A DNA stretch of 64,000 nucleotides from Obrimoposthia wandeli (lineage: Eukaryota), in NCBI GenBank assembly GCA_977020255.1, contig CDROCS010005826.1, positions 62,001 through 126,000 of the forward strand, given 5' to 3'. This document shows, piece after piece, positions 30,371 through 44,706 of the stretch. The position numbers and the translations under genes were made by a program. Every line of letters begins with the position of its first letter. Positions within the stretch are counted from its first letter, which is position 1. The notes below the pieces were generated by a model. It was not told where the DNA came from. It searched no databases and was given only the letters and a program-made list of their open reading frames with translations.

Positions 30371-32702
30371 TTTACGTTATTTTTGAAATAATTGTTTATG
30401 TACGTGTTGGAACCATTGAAACCATTAATATTAAATTCTAAATCGGTTAAAGTGATTCCTGAAACTGAGTTAACTACAAATATTTCTTCAAAGGAAGCAT
30501 TATCTACAACTACTTGTGGAAGTGGTTTATCAAAAATACACAATTCATTTTTGGCGCATCTCATTTTGCAAATATTGATCATTCAACTTTCTTACATTTG
30601 TTTATATTTATTTTTTGCTTCTTTTTACGTTTAAATCCATTACCTCCTTGGCTTTTATTTGATTTACGTTTTCTAATCAAATTAGCAACTTCAGATAAAA
30701 CATTATCAAGTTTATCAAGCGCATGCTTCTTAAAAGTTGGTATTAGTTTATTGTCATTAGATGAAAGGTAATCCTTTCCTAATTTTGATATAAACCGTCC
30801 GAGTCTTTTTAAAATAGGAAAGGCAAATCTACCTAATGTTCTAGGCCAGCCAGATCCATATTGTTTACCAACAAAATATGGTAATTATCCACCTTGTTGG
30901 CTTTGACTATAAGCTTCAATTATTGCTGGATTCACCATTTTGTTTTCTTAAATGTATTGTTAAACTTGTCTTGGCCCCATACGTGAAATCTATTAGTTGT
31001 CCGGAATTATCTCTAATATTTACTTCAATATTGTTTATAGAAAAGAGAGAAACTGGAAGATACATTGGTTGATATATACACATACCGACAGCGTCCCCAT
31101 CTTTAGTTTCAATTTTTGATTTCCATATTGTTCTCAAAAGTGGAACTCGCTGTCCTCCTACAAGCGTTGGTTCTATTAAATTAGTATGAATATATAAATG
31201 ATTAACAATATTTAAAGATTTTGCTTATTTTTAGCTTTTATTGTTTTTATTGTATGGGTTTCAAAGGTATTTCTGTTTAAACCGAGGTTTTTAGTGAGTT
31301 TATCGTCAAATGAAACCCGTTTTATGTTGCTCTTTACTGTAAACGTTAATTTACCATTTAATGTTACACATTTATCCAAATATTCACTACATTCCTTCTG
31401 TATTAATTTTCATAAATCCACTTCACTATCTATTTTATAATCTTTTTAAAACCTTTTCATTTCCACTACAGTCTTTGGTCTCGTTTCAAGTAACAACACC
31501 TTTGCTACTCTACAAAGAACATTTCTATCCGATTTAGATGAGACATATCCCGTCTATAACGAGATACTGTTTGTTCACTATCAAAACTGAATTGAAGAGC
31601 TTCTTATTCAGATTCAAATGTAATTCTTTTGTAAACGAAATATGTGAGTTTTTTCTGATAGTAATTGGAGAATAATAATAAAAAATCTGTTAAAGCAGCT
31701 TCCCATTCTCCTTGGAGATTTATAGGATTTTCCCAATCGATAATAAAGCTACTAGCGTCATTATCTGGTTGAGTCTTCGGGCATCCGTTACTAGGTAAAC
31801 CATATACATATACTTCATATTATATTATATGCTAATATCCAAGTTGGGTCTGAATAACCATACCATTTAACAAAGTATTGTTTATGTTTACCGGTACCCT
31901 TAGATTTTAATATTTTTTGAATACGGAAAGCGCTAGGTTTATTTGATATTACTTGTAGTTCTTGCTCGTAAAATTTACCGTGAACGATATAATTGTCAGC
32001 ATCTTTAATAGTATACATTATTGGATTATTCTTTTGATCAATTTTACTTATACAAAAGATTTCATCGCTCCAATTCTGATCAAAGTTTTTAATAAATGGA
32101 GTAGAGCTCATTTTCGAAATTCGAACATATTCGTTTTTCTTATATTTAGCTTTTTTAATATTTTCTTTTTTATTCCTGTCCATTCAAAATTTCAATAGAG
32201 TTTTTATTAGTAACATCAACAGGTCTCATTCCCTTGAGACCTCTATGTTCAGAGTGATTATATGCATGTATTTTTTTAGGTAAAACTTGGATTCATTTTT
32301 TATTTCCTTCTTTTGTGAAATACATTTTTATTCGATCTCTTAAAGTACAATTAAATCTTTCTACTACTGCTGCTTTGTACTGTGAAAACACCGAGTAGTG
32401 ATTTATATTATTTTGTTTAAATAATTATTGAACTTGCTGATTATAAAATTCTTGTCCTAAATGAGTTATGGAAGAATATGGAATCATCTCCATAAATTCA
32501 TTTGCCATAAATTATTAGGACCGCTGGTTTTGTATGCTATAATTGGAAACTTTTTTCTCATCGGCTAGTTCAGATTGTAGGCTAACTGATTGCTCAGCTA
32601 TTTCTGCGTTTTCTTGTAATTCTGTTTTGTTCTTTTTGCCACTTTTGAAAGTTCTGTGTAACCAATTGGCTCTTTTGGATTGAACCATAGCTTTTCCATT
32701 AC
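30370..32702 (-). mobile_element. Polinton copy 3 fragment: integrase (31815-32699), penton (30916-31818), pVI-like (30561-30938), MCP start (30400-30564)
   Basis: Collinear reverse-complement match to 21539-24130 with deletions and stops. Confidence 0.88.
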
Positions 32703-33091
32703 AAAAAATTGAGTATATAAGGGTGTCAAATTTATGTATTTTTGTTGGAATTTCAAAAAGTATTTTTCACTATAAGTGCCGTTTTTAACGTAGATTTTGA
32801 ACCTGCAAAGAAATTCAAAAAATAAAAATATTTACCCAAATTTTACAAAAATAAATCTATAAAACACACCAAAATATATTTTATATTTATTATTACATCC
32901 AATTCATTCATGAATTTATATATACAGGAAATTTACAATATTTAGGTAGTTCTAGAGGAAAAATAGTTTTTTTTTAAAATTTTGATAAGGAAAATGTTTT
33001 AGCGCTGGTTCTAGTGGGGGTAAAAATTTCTTTGTTCTGAAGGACACACATCTCAGCTTTTGATACGAAATTCTGATTTGTAATTGGTTTC

Positions 33092-33288
33092 TTATTTAAC
33101 CCCCATTAATCGACATCTTCCTAACAATAAATATAAGTATCTCAAAGAAAACAAAACTGATTTAAAAATAACTGAAGTATAATCCTTATGTTTTTCTTTG
33201 TATTGACTTGGTTTTGAAGTTCTAAATACTATATTTCCATTATATTGAATAGTATGTAAGAGTTTCATTATAAACAATAAGTATAGAT
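33092..33288 (-). pseudogene. Diverged TBP-like 5' relic
   Basis: KPSQYKEKHKDYTSVIFKS...GRCRLMGVK versus KPRQYVEKFDNFTVVIFPT-GNCRVMGCK at 19459, with an intron-like gap at the same place. Confidence 0.5.
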
Positions 33289-34019
33289 ATGTGAAGGTTC
33301 TAGGCCAGTAGCCCCTCTCCCCCGATGATTCACCTGTCAATCACTGTCACATATATCAATGATATTGATATATTAACAATATGATGTCATACATATGATG
33401 ACATCATTTTACGCATCACATATCATCAATGAAACGACAATATCCCATGATGAGTTGACATTAGTAGGAAAAACAGCTCTAAGTTTACTAATTTTTTTAC
33501 TGAATCATTATTACATAATATCGCTATTCAACTATTTAAACCTAATCAATTTTAAAAATTTTCATAATCACAATGACACAACAACTTCTTGATAAGAAGA
33601 ACTTCAAGTTGTTTGAAGGTAAGAACATCTTTTTGGAAATCAAGAAGAGAAGAAACCTACAGATGAAGAAATATATCGAATGTATGATACCGTTTGTCAG
33701 GATGAAGATGCCCCAGGAAATCATATATGGTACACAAATCTCCAGTATGGAAACAATTGTACTTGCAGATGATAAAGAAGAAATTATGCCAACGAATAAG
33801 TTTCAGAGATCAGTTTTCAGTTTTTGTTATTTTACCTAAATATATATACATAAGTCTGACTTAAATATATTTGCTATTTGCCATATTCATACAACATTAT
33901 TATCTAAAATCTTGTCGATTCTGTCCGATACATATGAGATCAATATAACTATCAAGATTCATGTGGTCTTATATGGCCACTGGTCTCTTTTTGAGCAATT
34001 AAGTCCATCCTTGGAGGTC

Positions 34020-34110
34020 AGATGTGAAATTCATACACACATGCACGAAATTTCACTCCATATACACGCGTACGGTTTGAAAGGACAGAGGTGCCTGTTT
34101 GTCTAACAAC
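34020..34110 (-). repeat. Degenerate Polinton TIR fragment
   Basis: CACACATGCACGAAATTTCACTCCA...CGGTTTGAAAGGACA resembles the reverse complement of the TIR. Confidence 0.65.
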
Positions 34111-34512
34111 TTGGAAATTTTTTTTTTGAAAATGAGAAGAAATATTAGGTAAGATTGGATCGGCAATCCATTTAAATGTGTTGCATTTTCTTGTTCAAGG
34201 TTCAAACTTTTGGAAAAAATCAGTAGATCGTTATGCAGAAAATTATCTTTAAAATGAATATAAATAAATTCTTTCAATATACGTTTGACCAATAAATGAT
34301 TTGATGAATAAAATAAAGTTTTTTATCTAATTGTTTTTGAGCACTTTTAAAAAACTTTTTGTGATTTTAATGGTTATTTCAGAGTAGCTACTTTGTCTTG
34401 TATTTATCTTAATCTTGGATATTGAATGCTGTTAGAGATATTTTGTCATTCAATTCAAAAAGTAAAATAATTATCGTGAATCGATATCCTCCAAATACAC
34501 ATTTGGTTCCTG

Positions 34513-35093
34513 CCATGCAGTCAAGGCGCCGCCAAACGGCTGAGCAGAGTGGCATCGTTTATCATGATGCAAACCCGAGTGGGGACACTGAACTTATCTC
34601 GGCCACAAGCCGACAAAAGCAGGCCAACTCCGAGAGTGGTTGTAACTGTCTCGATGAGTGTTTTGACAGCAGCACAATGACAGACGAAGACCTCCACTAT
34701 TTCCAGCTCCGTGACAGTACGGAGAACAGCTACAACAACAGCCAGCCGCTGAAAAGCCTCCGGGACAACCATGTCAGCAAGACCACCAAAGACGGAAAGG
34801 ACAATAAGGATAGCATCATTCCAGCTCTGGAGATCAATGCTGCGCTCAGCAATCTCGCCTTCAATCAGAAGACTGGCAAGTGTAGCGGCCGTGGCAAACT
34901 GAGTCTGAAGCCAACTGGGAGCACGAGTTCAGCAGGCCAACCGCTGATACTCACTGTCTCTTCGCACAAAGGCATAAAGGTCAATGATGAGACGATTCCA
35001 CTGCTCAAGATGAAGATGAAGCTTCCAACAGCATCACAAATGCTGGCCGGAACTGATGTTGATACTGGTCGGGATCCACCTACTCAGTTGAAG
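34513..35093 (+). CDS. Putative host exon, Ser/Thr/Asp-rich, unknown product
   Basis: GC-richer open frame (within 34422..35138) ending at AAG|GTAGGC donor. Confidence 0.45.
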
Positions 35094-38000
35094 GTAGGCT
35101 GGATCTCTTCTGGTTATTTTTTCATACTTTTAATATAAATAAAGTTGAGCGATACAATATATTTAAAAGCAATTAAAAAAACAATCACAATAAAAAATAC
35201 AAATTGCAGAAATTGTTCAATTTGATGTCCATTTTGTTTTATTATAATTTTTGATAGAAGCTTTAAATACATTTATTATACATTGACCAAAATTAGATAA
35301 GAACTATACGAGTCTCTCACGTAGCTCATCAAATGTATTTGGAGATGGTAGCTTGTATATACTGTCATAGAGGTAACTCTAAAGTCAAAAAGTATTTTGG
35401 GCCAAGTTCGATCTTCTTGGAGGTCACTCTTAAGGCCTCTAAATCCTCTGTTTTATTAATTGGTTGTTTAATTTTTGCGGTGCAATATGATAATAATGAA
35501 CAGATGCTTTGTCTTATTGATATGAGTATTGGCTGTTACACATACTTCGAATAGCAGGTACAATGATTTCATTTCTAATTGTGCAATTTTATTCTAATTT
35601 CACTGTGCATCTGATAATTTTGAAGCGTATGTGTCTATCAGAGGGGATTATCGCCATACAGTTATTTCTAGTGATCGGTTAGGTTTAGCGAGAACTCTAT
35701 ACTCATTGACGTGGGAATAATAACAATAGTTTGGCTGCTTATGCTGTCGTTCAGATGCACTTTGGCTTCATCAGTAAAATACATTTATGAAGACCAGCGG
35801 ATGTCACGTGAGTTGTGTCTGATGACTGTCTTTGACATTTGGAGCTGTTTCCTCAAGCTCTTGTACTGTTTCGTATTGAAATGGATGTAAGCTATGCTAT
35901 TTTATAACCCTGCTTACTGTTGATACTGTTACCCCAAGTTGGGAGGCAGATTTTCGTTACGAAGACCACAATAAATCTCCCATTGGTGACACTATAGCAT
36001 CTCATTTGTCTTCGATTACTTTGTTGTTACTTTGAACACTCTTTGTGGCCATCTCAAGGAACCTTTCTTTCCAGTATCTGTATCTGCGTCTGTGTGGATC
36101 GGACTTTGAGATTTCATTCCTGAAACAAGCGAATCCATGCCTTTTTGGCAAAAGTTGGCTACAGACTGTGCAACCATTTTTGCAAGTTCCTCTTTAGTGA
36201 ATTCCCCATAGCTCATACTAGTCATTTTTGACAAAAATCTCGCGATTAAAAATAAATTACTTATCTTATTCCGAAAATAAATGACTCAATTCTATTTTAT
36301 TACTCAGATATTTTTCTGAACCTAACAATAGATGCATAAAGAACAACATGGACGTCATGGTGAAAATATTATGCATTATGTTTTAAAAGTTAGCAAGAAG
36401 ACAATCAGTTCAAGACAGCAACATAACTAGGTTTATGAAACTCTATATACAATTCATTGTGGATTTCCTCAGAACACAAACTACGTTCTAAAACCCCTTC
36501 AAATTATGTTTGAAAAAGAGTAAGATTTCTGGTCGTTTCTTCCGAGTTTAATAAGTCGAAATTTAATTTTTTTTCAGATAATATTTTTAATTAAGTTTAA
36601 CATTATAATCAGCAATTTTAGAATATTCAATCGATAGGAAAAATGTTCAGATAATTTTTATATTCAAACAGTTACCTAATATGAAAATTTTTGTAAAATT
36701 TAGACTTCTTCAAATTGTAACTTATGAGAACTCTGTACTTGAAATTTTGTCTTTCTTTCAATATATGACGGTGACACTTATTGCTTCTAATCTTTGTGAA
36801 AAATGTATTTTAAAATCCGTCACTGAAACAATTTTCAATATTTACATTATTCCACACAACTGTTAATTCTATCAGACATTAATGAGTTCAATTCAGTTTG
36901 CCAGAACTCTATCCTTAAGTGATCAAATACCCACTTGTCTCATTCATAGTGATTGTTGGTTTTTCTTCACTGCACTCTCAGATGAATCACTCTTAGCTTA
37001 AACTATATTAAAACAAAATAGTAATTAAGCTGTATTGATTTTACTCACATAGTATCTAACTCATCTTCACTCACAGTCACCAACACGCATGATCAATTTC
37101 ACAAAGCCGTCAGCATATATTGCGACTCCAAGATCAGATCAACTTTCCCACCCTTTAGCCCTTTTTTATCACTAAACAATGACATTAGTTTATCAAAATT
37201 TTATCTAAGTGCAGAATGGATCATGCCGGATTTCACAGCTCCCACCTAAATATTTCTCTATTGACCTAAGAATTTACGGCAAAGTATACATCATACATCT
37301 CCAAGCAGTTCTATAAGATCCAATCTCCCTGAGTCCACAAGAGTAATGACAAGGAAAATCACCTTAATGTTGTCAACTGCATTTAAGCTTTGGTGTTACA
37401 GGTCAGCTATAGAATCTTTGTAGTCAAGAAAGACGTTCGTGAATAATTATCGTTTTGTAAGAAGTCAAATAGTTGGACTGTACTAGATTAGGGAAAATGT
37501 TCTCTTTTCTGATGAGTCCTATTTAAAGCAGTTCTTATCAAAATATGTTTGTAAGAAGACCGCCTAACACCAGTTATAATATCCAATACAAAAGTCCTAT
37601 ATTTGGTATATATGTATGTGTGGTTTAATATATTTTGGTGTACTCAAAAACGGGTAAATTCTCTGTTTATTTTGAATGTGTCGCTGATTGTGAATATGGG
37701 TTGGAAAATATTACGTTATTAAAATAAATATGTCAAGATAATCAGAATGACAATTACAAAATTCTTCGAGCTTTTTGTAAACGTATTCATGCTTTCTTCC
37801 TGAAATCCTTTTATTTAGAAATTAGATATAATACGTTTTCATTATTTTAATTTTTCTCTTTATCGTTTCATATATTAGAACTAATTTGTAATCTAAAAAA
37901 TACTCGTAAAATTTTTGTTATATATAAACTTCAGTACACAGTTTGGTGAGCTTTGGCTTCAGAAATATCTGAGAAATTTGTCTCGTGCTCATATTATCTT

Positions 38001-39493
38001 TTGAAGACATAGAATATATGGTTCTTTTATCTCTCGCTGTAAAACCTTTGGGTATTCCTTTTCTTTCTGAAGTGTTCAGTTTAAAGTTATTGATTATAAC
38101 TTTCCTGATACTAGCTTCAGAAATCTGTATATAAATTTAACAAAAATCAAATAAAACAAACAAAATCTTCATATGGTTTCGTTTCATTCATAATAAGTTG
38201 CATAAAAGATGTAATAAAAGTAAAGTAAATGAAAAAAAGAAATTTAAAATAGATTAAATCTAATTTTTCTATGGCGTTAAAGATCAAGTCATAAGCTCTC
38301 ATTTCCTTCTCCAAATATGTTCACACTTTCCGGTTTTCTGTCGCAACACTCTCCTGCATCCAATTATTTCCAAAAATACACATTTTTCAATGAATGTTTG
38401 GGTACATCCGGTGTTCTCTACTTCTCTCTCATGATCAACTCTATCCACACTTACCATTATAATTGGCGAGTATATTCTTTCGCCAGAACACATAATTACA
38501 AATTATCCCATTTGACAGTTTCATATACACCTATTTGCCATATGCTCAGATTATTCACGGCATAAACGGTTCGTCTTTGAGGATAGCAACGTCACGTGTC
38601 CATTGCTTTCATACTGTATGCATATAATTCTATTCTTGCTTGAATTGTCGTTCATCCTTTTCTGGATGACTAAGCTCCTGTTAGGGATCCACTTCTGCTA
38701 GATTAGCAACTCAAAAAATGTAAATAGTGCTTATATTGAGGCTGCAAAAGCAGTATAGCAGATACTAAAGTTGATAGACCATTAAAAATGACCAACCAAG
38801 CGAGTCTTATAGAGGCATCATGAAGGTATTTATCTGTTATATTTCTTAGGGAAATACATCAATTTTCAAACTGCTTTCTCTTCTAACATGAAATAATTTC
38901 CATAATCAAATAATTTCACATTTAAATTGTCTATAAAATCTGCAACACTTCAAAAATGTCTTCCCTAAATTTTCCCTTTATTTTCAAAATTAGATTTTCG
39001 CTCTTTTCCAATTGCTACAGTAAACTTCTGACTTGGGATTTTCCAAACTCTTATTTGATTGTATATTAAAGTGCTTTGGTGTAGTAAATCATAGTGTCGT
39101 GCTTCGGAGTGCGTTTGTCGACATGGCGTTTTTTTGTTTAAAATTTTGGCGTTAAAAAAGAATTTACGTTCAAAATAAAAATAATCTATTTGAAAATTAA
39201 ATCAAACGAGTTGTCTTTCTGAAGCCGTTTCAAAAACCATCTAACACCCATTTATTAGATATTAGCGCTGTATTAAATATATTATCGTTATATTAAGTAC
39301 AATTGGCGAATGAGTCTGTTTCAAGATAAGGTCCAAGGTATTTTAATGGACGCAAAGTAAGATAGTAGGAAACAACATCTGTTTGTGTCTTACTTAGATA
39401 TTTCAGATTTTTAATCTTATTTTTTAATCTATTTTGAAATAATTTCATTCATTACAATACATTATATTTAATTTACATACTAAATAATCTATA

Positions 39494-39672
39494 CAGTAAT
39501 TATTCACCTGTAAGGGTATTCATTAAAACATGTTTTTGAGAGAGACCGACACCGAATCACTTATAGATGCATTATTTAAAAGCTTGGAAAGGTACTATTA
39601 TAGGTGAAGCGTGAAATTTTCGGTGACCGGACACCCTTATAGGTGGGACCCCTTATAGGTGAATAATTACTG
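39494..39672. mobile_element. 179-bp Tc1/pogo-type MITE
   Basis: TIR CAGTAATTATTCACCT(G/A)TAAGGG at both ends, flanked by TA. Confidence 0.85.
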
Positions 39673-41099
39673 TATAGTGGGAGCGGTATAAATACTATTA
39701 TAAAATAAAATACAAATAACTCAAACTGTACATCAAACAATATTTTATTTTGTATTAGTTTTTAATCAGTTATTTTTGTATTGACTTATTTTTATAACAT
39801 TAATTCTGAAATGTCAGTATGCCATTAAATTATGAATATTTGTTTTAGTAGACATAATCTAATAAAATAATAAATAATTTTTGAAATATATCAAAAAATA
39901 TTAACTTACTGAAAATTGAATTAAGGGAGAAAGACTGACAATAATTAATTATAATTCTAAGTAAATTTTGAAAACATAAACATTTTCTAAACTTTTCCAT
40001 TAATTAATGAACCAGATTTATCTTTTAAAAATTTGAAATATCAAACTTTTTAAATAACGTTAACTAGTTAAAATTTAAAAAATATTGAAAAACAGCCAAT
40101 ATAAAAGTCAATCCTGAAGTATGTGTCGGTCCTAAATAACAGTTAAACGTTAACGTGGCTGTCACCTAGCGTCTACTGGTTATTTTGTTTATCTGAATAG
40201 TACTACGTTAAGGTTGTATATTATGTTAAAATGGACTTACTTCATACGAATATGCGTTTCATATTTCGTTTTTTTAATCTCAGAGTCGAAAATTCCATTA
40301 AATCAAAAAGTTTGCAGGTCTAGTTCAGTAATTGTGCAGTATTAATATTAAAGTCGGCGGCAAAAGAAAAGAGAATAATGTAAGATTGTTTTTTAAAATC
40401 ATCTATGGTAATACCGTTGCTTATTCTGGTCGACCCATGTTTCTCCTAATTGATTGAACATATGCAAATGTGGTTTCACTTGTCTTAAAATTTGTGCTAC
40501 ACGCTTCATTGGAATCAGTGTTTCGATCCAAATTAACAGTACTAATGATCGAATGACCAAATATTGACGAACTCGTAGATTTTAAACTACTAAGTTTCAA
40601 TACATAGTAATCAATGCAAATTTAGGTAGCTATTGGTCATCAAATATCTGATCGTGGTAAAATCCAACTGGAACGCTAGCTAAATGTTTACAACTATATG
40701 GGTATGCTGCATTCATTGTTTCAGAACCTAGATTCTGTCCAAACTTAATTTCGCCGAGGTTGTATCCCAGCTAAGACAATATGACGCTTTATTATGTACA
40801 AATTCAAGTATTAGCAAAACACCAGGTAAACTATACTTTGGTTTCTCAAAAATATCTGAAGTAAATCTCACCGATAACCCACTTTTTACGTTCATTGGGT
40901 CAGGTTCAAACGCATTACTAGATAGAAATTTTCCTTTAGTCTCACTACTTTAATTCAATGCTGTTTCAATAACTGACTGGTGAGAATATTGAGGGTGATT
41001 TTTAAGAATTGTATTCTTCATTGAAATGTCAAGGCTTTTAAATAGATTATGAAACAGGAAATTGATTAGTTACATTGTCAACTGCTGTAAGAACAGATA

Positions 41100-42970
41100 C
41101 AAAGGAGTTCAATATTGCCTGACACGGTAATAGGGTTTGGTTTAAATGTGACACCCAAAATCGTGTTTGCTGTGGTAAATAAGGTGTTGTCGATTAACGA
41201 AAACGTTGCACGAGGGTCAGACTCCTATGTTGACGATATTATTGTGACGACGAGGTTATTGCAAAGTTTTGCATTACAGTCGAAGGAAGCGGAACTGTTG
41301 TCAGTAGGTCGGGTTTTTCGGTTAAGAGTATTCAATGAATCTGGTCGCATGCATTGGAAGCGGAATAATGTGTTGACAATTATTGACAGTACGATGAGCC
41401 ACAGATATTATTTTCCTAATGGGACATTTCTCACGTGTAGGTTGGCTACGGTTCGCAATGTTATGTAAAAAGAATGATAAGGATTTGAATTGGGATGACA
41501 TCGCGGCTGACAATGTCATGCCATTTGTGAAAGGTATGTCAGAGCGAGTGACGTTGCAGTGTCCAGTTCATGGGATATGGAACGTGGAGTACGGTACATC
41601 AGGTACAGTGTGGTGAGATGCTAGTAGCTTGGCCATTGGTGTTATGGTAGAAATCGGTAGTAATGTGGTTGAAGACCTTTGCTGGCTTCGAAAGACGGAC
41701 AACGGGAAACACATGAATCTGGCTGAGTTAGAATCGGTGATAAAAGGGTTAAATTGTGCTATCACATGGCAGTTACAAAAGGTAAAGTTGATGGTGGACT
41801 CATCTACTGTATTTGAATGGGTTAAAGCAATAACTACTGGATCAAAAAGAATCAAAACACGGGGTCTTGGAGAATCTCTTGGTCATCGTTGGTTATCTAT
41901 GCCGAAGGATGTCATTAACGAGTGTGAACTACAAGTCGATGTGCAATGGATTAAATCGTTGGAGAATCATGCAGATGAATTGACCAGTGTACTCTAAAAA
42001 TACCTAACAAGACGTAGCATTAGTTGTGTTGTATGACATTATAGATCAGGAATTGTGAGAAGGATTCATGAAATAAACCATCTTGGAATCGAAAGGACAA
42101 TGTACGTTGAGAGAACAACACCCGGAATTAAAGGTGACCCGTGAGAAGGTTGCAATAATTATCCGCAAATATTCAAGATGTCTGTCGATTAATCGCTCAC
42201 CAATGAAATAGAAGGAAGGTGACTTGTCCATTGGAGGAAGTCGGGTTCGGTTGGGTTGTGATGTCACACATTACAAGAACAAGTGCTATCTCACTACAAT
42301 TGATAGTGGGCCGAGCAGCTTTTGTTTGTAGAAGTTTCTTCAGGATGACTTTGCGATTGAAGTGTCAAATGCCATGGTGGAAACTTTCATACATTTTGTT
42401 CCTACGAATGTGTTGCTTTTGGACAATAATGCCACCTTCCGATCCCAAATGTTCACTGACCTGTGTAAAATGTGCAATGACGAGTGTTTATACCGTTGTG
42501 CTTATTGGTCTTCAGGAAACGGAATCGTGGAACGTGTCCATCGAACTGTAAAGAGGATGGCTGCGAGGTGTTATTCTAATGTGATGGATATAGATTTTTG
42601 GTATAACGTTACTCCAAGAAATGTTGTGAAATACAAAACAGTACCTGCGAAACGGTTATTCAATTACCAATGGAAGTATCCAAATGTCAACAATACAAAG
42701 TAAGTTATGGGGAAATACCAGAAAAGTTCTCTATTGGATCATAAGTGTTTGTAAAACCCCCAAACGTGAGATGCACAATACAATGGCTGATTGGGACGAT
42801 GACTAAGAATGGAAATTGTGTTCAAGTTGAAGTGGATGGCATGCCGCGACATGTGGCCGATTTGAGATTGGTACATGATGTTTCAGCTGACGAAGACGTG
42901 AGTGACAACAGTGAAAGCGAAGCAACGAATGTTAGTGAAGATGAAGTTGTCAACTGCGTGCCAAGATAAA
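41100..42970 (+). mobile_element. Gypsy/Ty3 LTR retrotransposon pol relic (RT-RNaseH-integrase)
   Basis: FGLNVTP and YVDD (RT), DASSLAIG...NLAELE...VDS...NHADEL (RNase H), GNGIVERVHRTVKRM (integrase); many disruptions. Confidence 0.88.
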
Positions 42971-44517
42971 TCGTGCAACTGACATATTTAAATGATTATC
43001 AAGTGGAAATGTGATGTTGATATCAGGGTGGTTGTGGTAAAAAATGCAAATCGACATTTTGTGTCAGTTGTTTTAATATGTAAAATTTTTCTGTGGACAG
43101 AAATTCAATAGATCTTTAGTTGTTTTTCCTCATGACAGTGTTTATAAAAGAAATAGACATCATAAATGTGAAATAATAACAAAATATAATGATTTGGACG
43201 CTAAGAAATCTAAAAAATGGAAGGACTGTAATTTAATTCAAAATAAATTTCAAATTAAAACGTTTTCTAACACAGTCTAAAAAAATTCGTGAAAATTTCA
43301 ATAAATAGAACTTTAATAAGCAAGTTGAAAAGCATTTATTGAACATGCGTTAACAGCAGATGGAAAAAACAGAATCCGATATCAAGAATTATGACATGAA
43401 GATGGTGTATTCGAGTAACAGTTGTTAGATTTATGTGACTAAAATACATGTGTATGTGTCATTCAAAAGTTTATATAATATAATCTTTAAATTTAAAATT
43501 CTGCAATCTGGCACATACATTGTATTAATTAAAAAACTAATCTCATTTTGTATTAATTTAAATAACAAAATCGCTACAATACTACTGAACTTAATAATAA
43601 CTAGCTTTTTATTTAAGCTAGTATTGTTTTTATAAAATAATTTAAACTGTAGAGTCTTATAATTGAAGGCTGATGTCAACACAATTGGCACCACCATGGC
43701 GAGCTGGGCTATCAGCCTACACAAGTTCTGTCACGAGGCCCATCGAGTCAAATTGTCGTACAACGCACCCTCTAGAAACTCAAACCCATAGTGACTAAGG
43801 CCATCATCATCCAAATGCAGTGTTTGGTGCCCCTTCCTGTCTTATGTTGCCCATGAAATCGCAGTTTCCGTTAATTAGGCTCTATAATAATCAAATTAGT
43901 ATTCATATCAGTTTTTAATTATTCATTTTATAGTTTAATTTAAAAGTCCAAGTCCTAGAATATTCATTAATAGTCTTTAGCATGATATTAATTCTCAGTT
44001 TTGACTTATTGTACATTATTAGTATAACATATCAAAATAGCTGCCCACGTTTAATGCGTACCTTGAGAATTTCAATACGTTACAAAACCGATTATGTTTT
44101 CGTATATAATTGTTATATTGCGGTTAAATAAATGGTGCTACTTATCATACACTAAACAGAATATGAAATAATCATATAATGAAAAAAACAGAGCAAATAG
44201 CATATGTGAAAACTGTCCACCATGTGTTGTTATGTAACCGAGCAATGCATTCTACTGTCCTACACAAGCAATATATATCAACCAGATTTGTACTTTAATA
44301 AATATGATTTCCAACCAATCAAAATCCAGCAACTTTAATTAGTCTTTTGAAACGAGATATTATATGTCACAGTATTTCAGGCAATTTGTATTTTAAAGTC
44401 AGTTCTTTTTTGGTGTTCTCCAGTCAGTTTCAGTTAGTCAAGGAACCACATTTTCTAACTGATTTGATTGGCTATGCTGATTAAGAGTGGACATTAGTGG
44501 ATATCTAGTGTGTTAAT

Positions 44518-44706
44518 ATGACCCAGCGCGGTAGCAAGTCCTCCAAATTCCTCAAAGTATCCTCAACGACCTCTGACCTGAATTTGGTGCACCAAAAGTC
44601 CTGTGACTCCGCCATGAGCTCCAATTCGCTATCGAGTGGAGTCAGCTCTTCTGTCGTCCCCGAGGGGAAATATGCGTCCAGTCCTGGATACTACAGTGGT
44701 CCTGAG
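44518..44706 (+). CDS. Putative host first coding exon, Ser-rich
   Basis: ATG-initiated GC-richer frame ending GAG|GTAAGA. Confidence 0.45.

Noticed and set aside
10143-34116. 10149 and about 34110 as paired ends of one intact element
   Set aside because: Flanks CATATG and TGGAAA are not a target-site duplication, and the 34-kb end is far more degenerate and linked to a diverged TBP-like relic.
43020-43200. 3' LTR of the Gypsy relic after a purine-rich tract
   Set aside because: No matching 5' LTR found upstream, so it cannot be supported.
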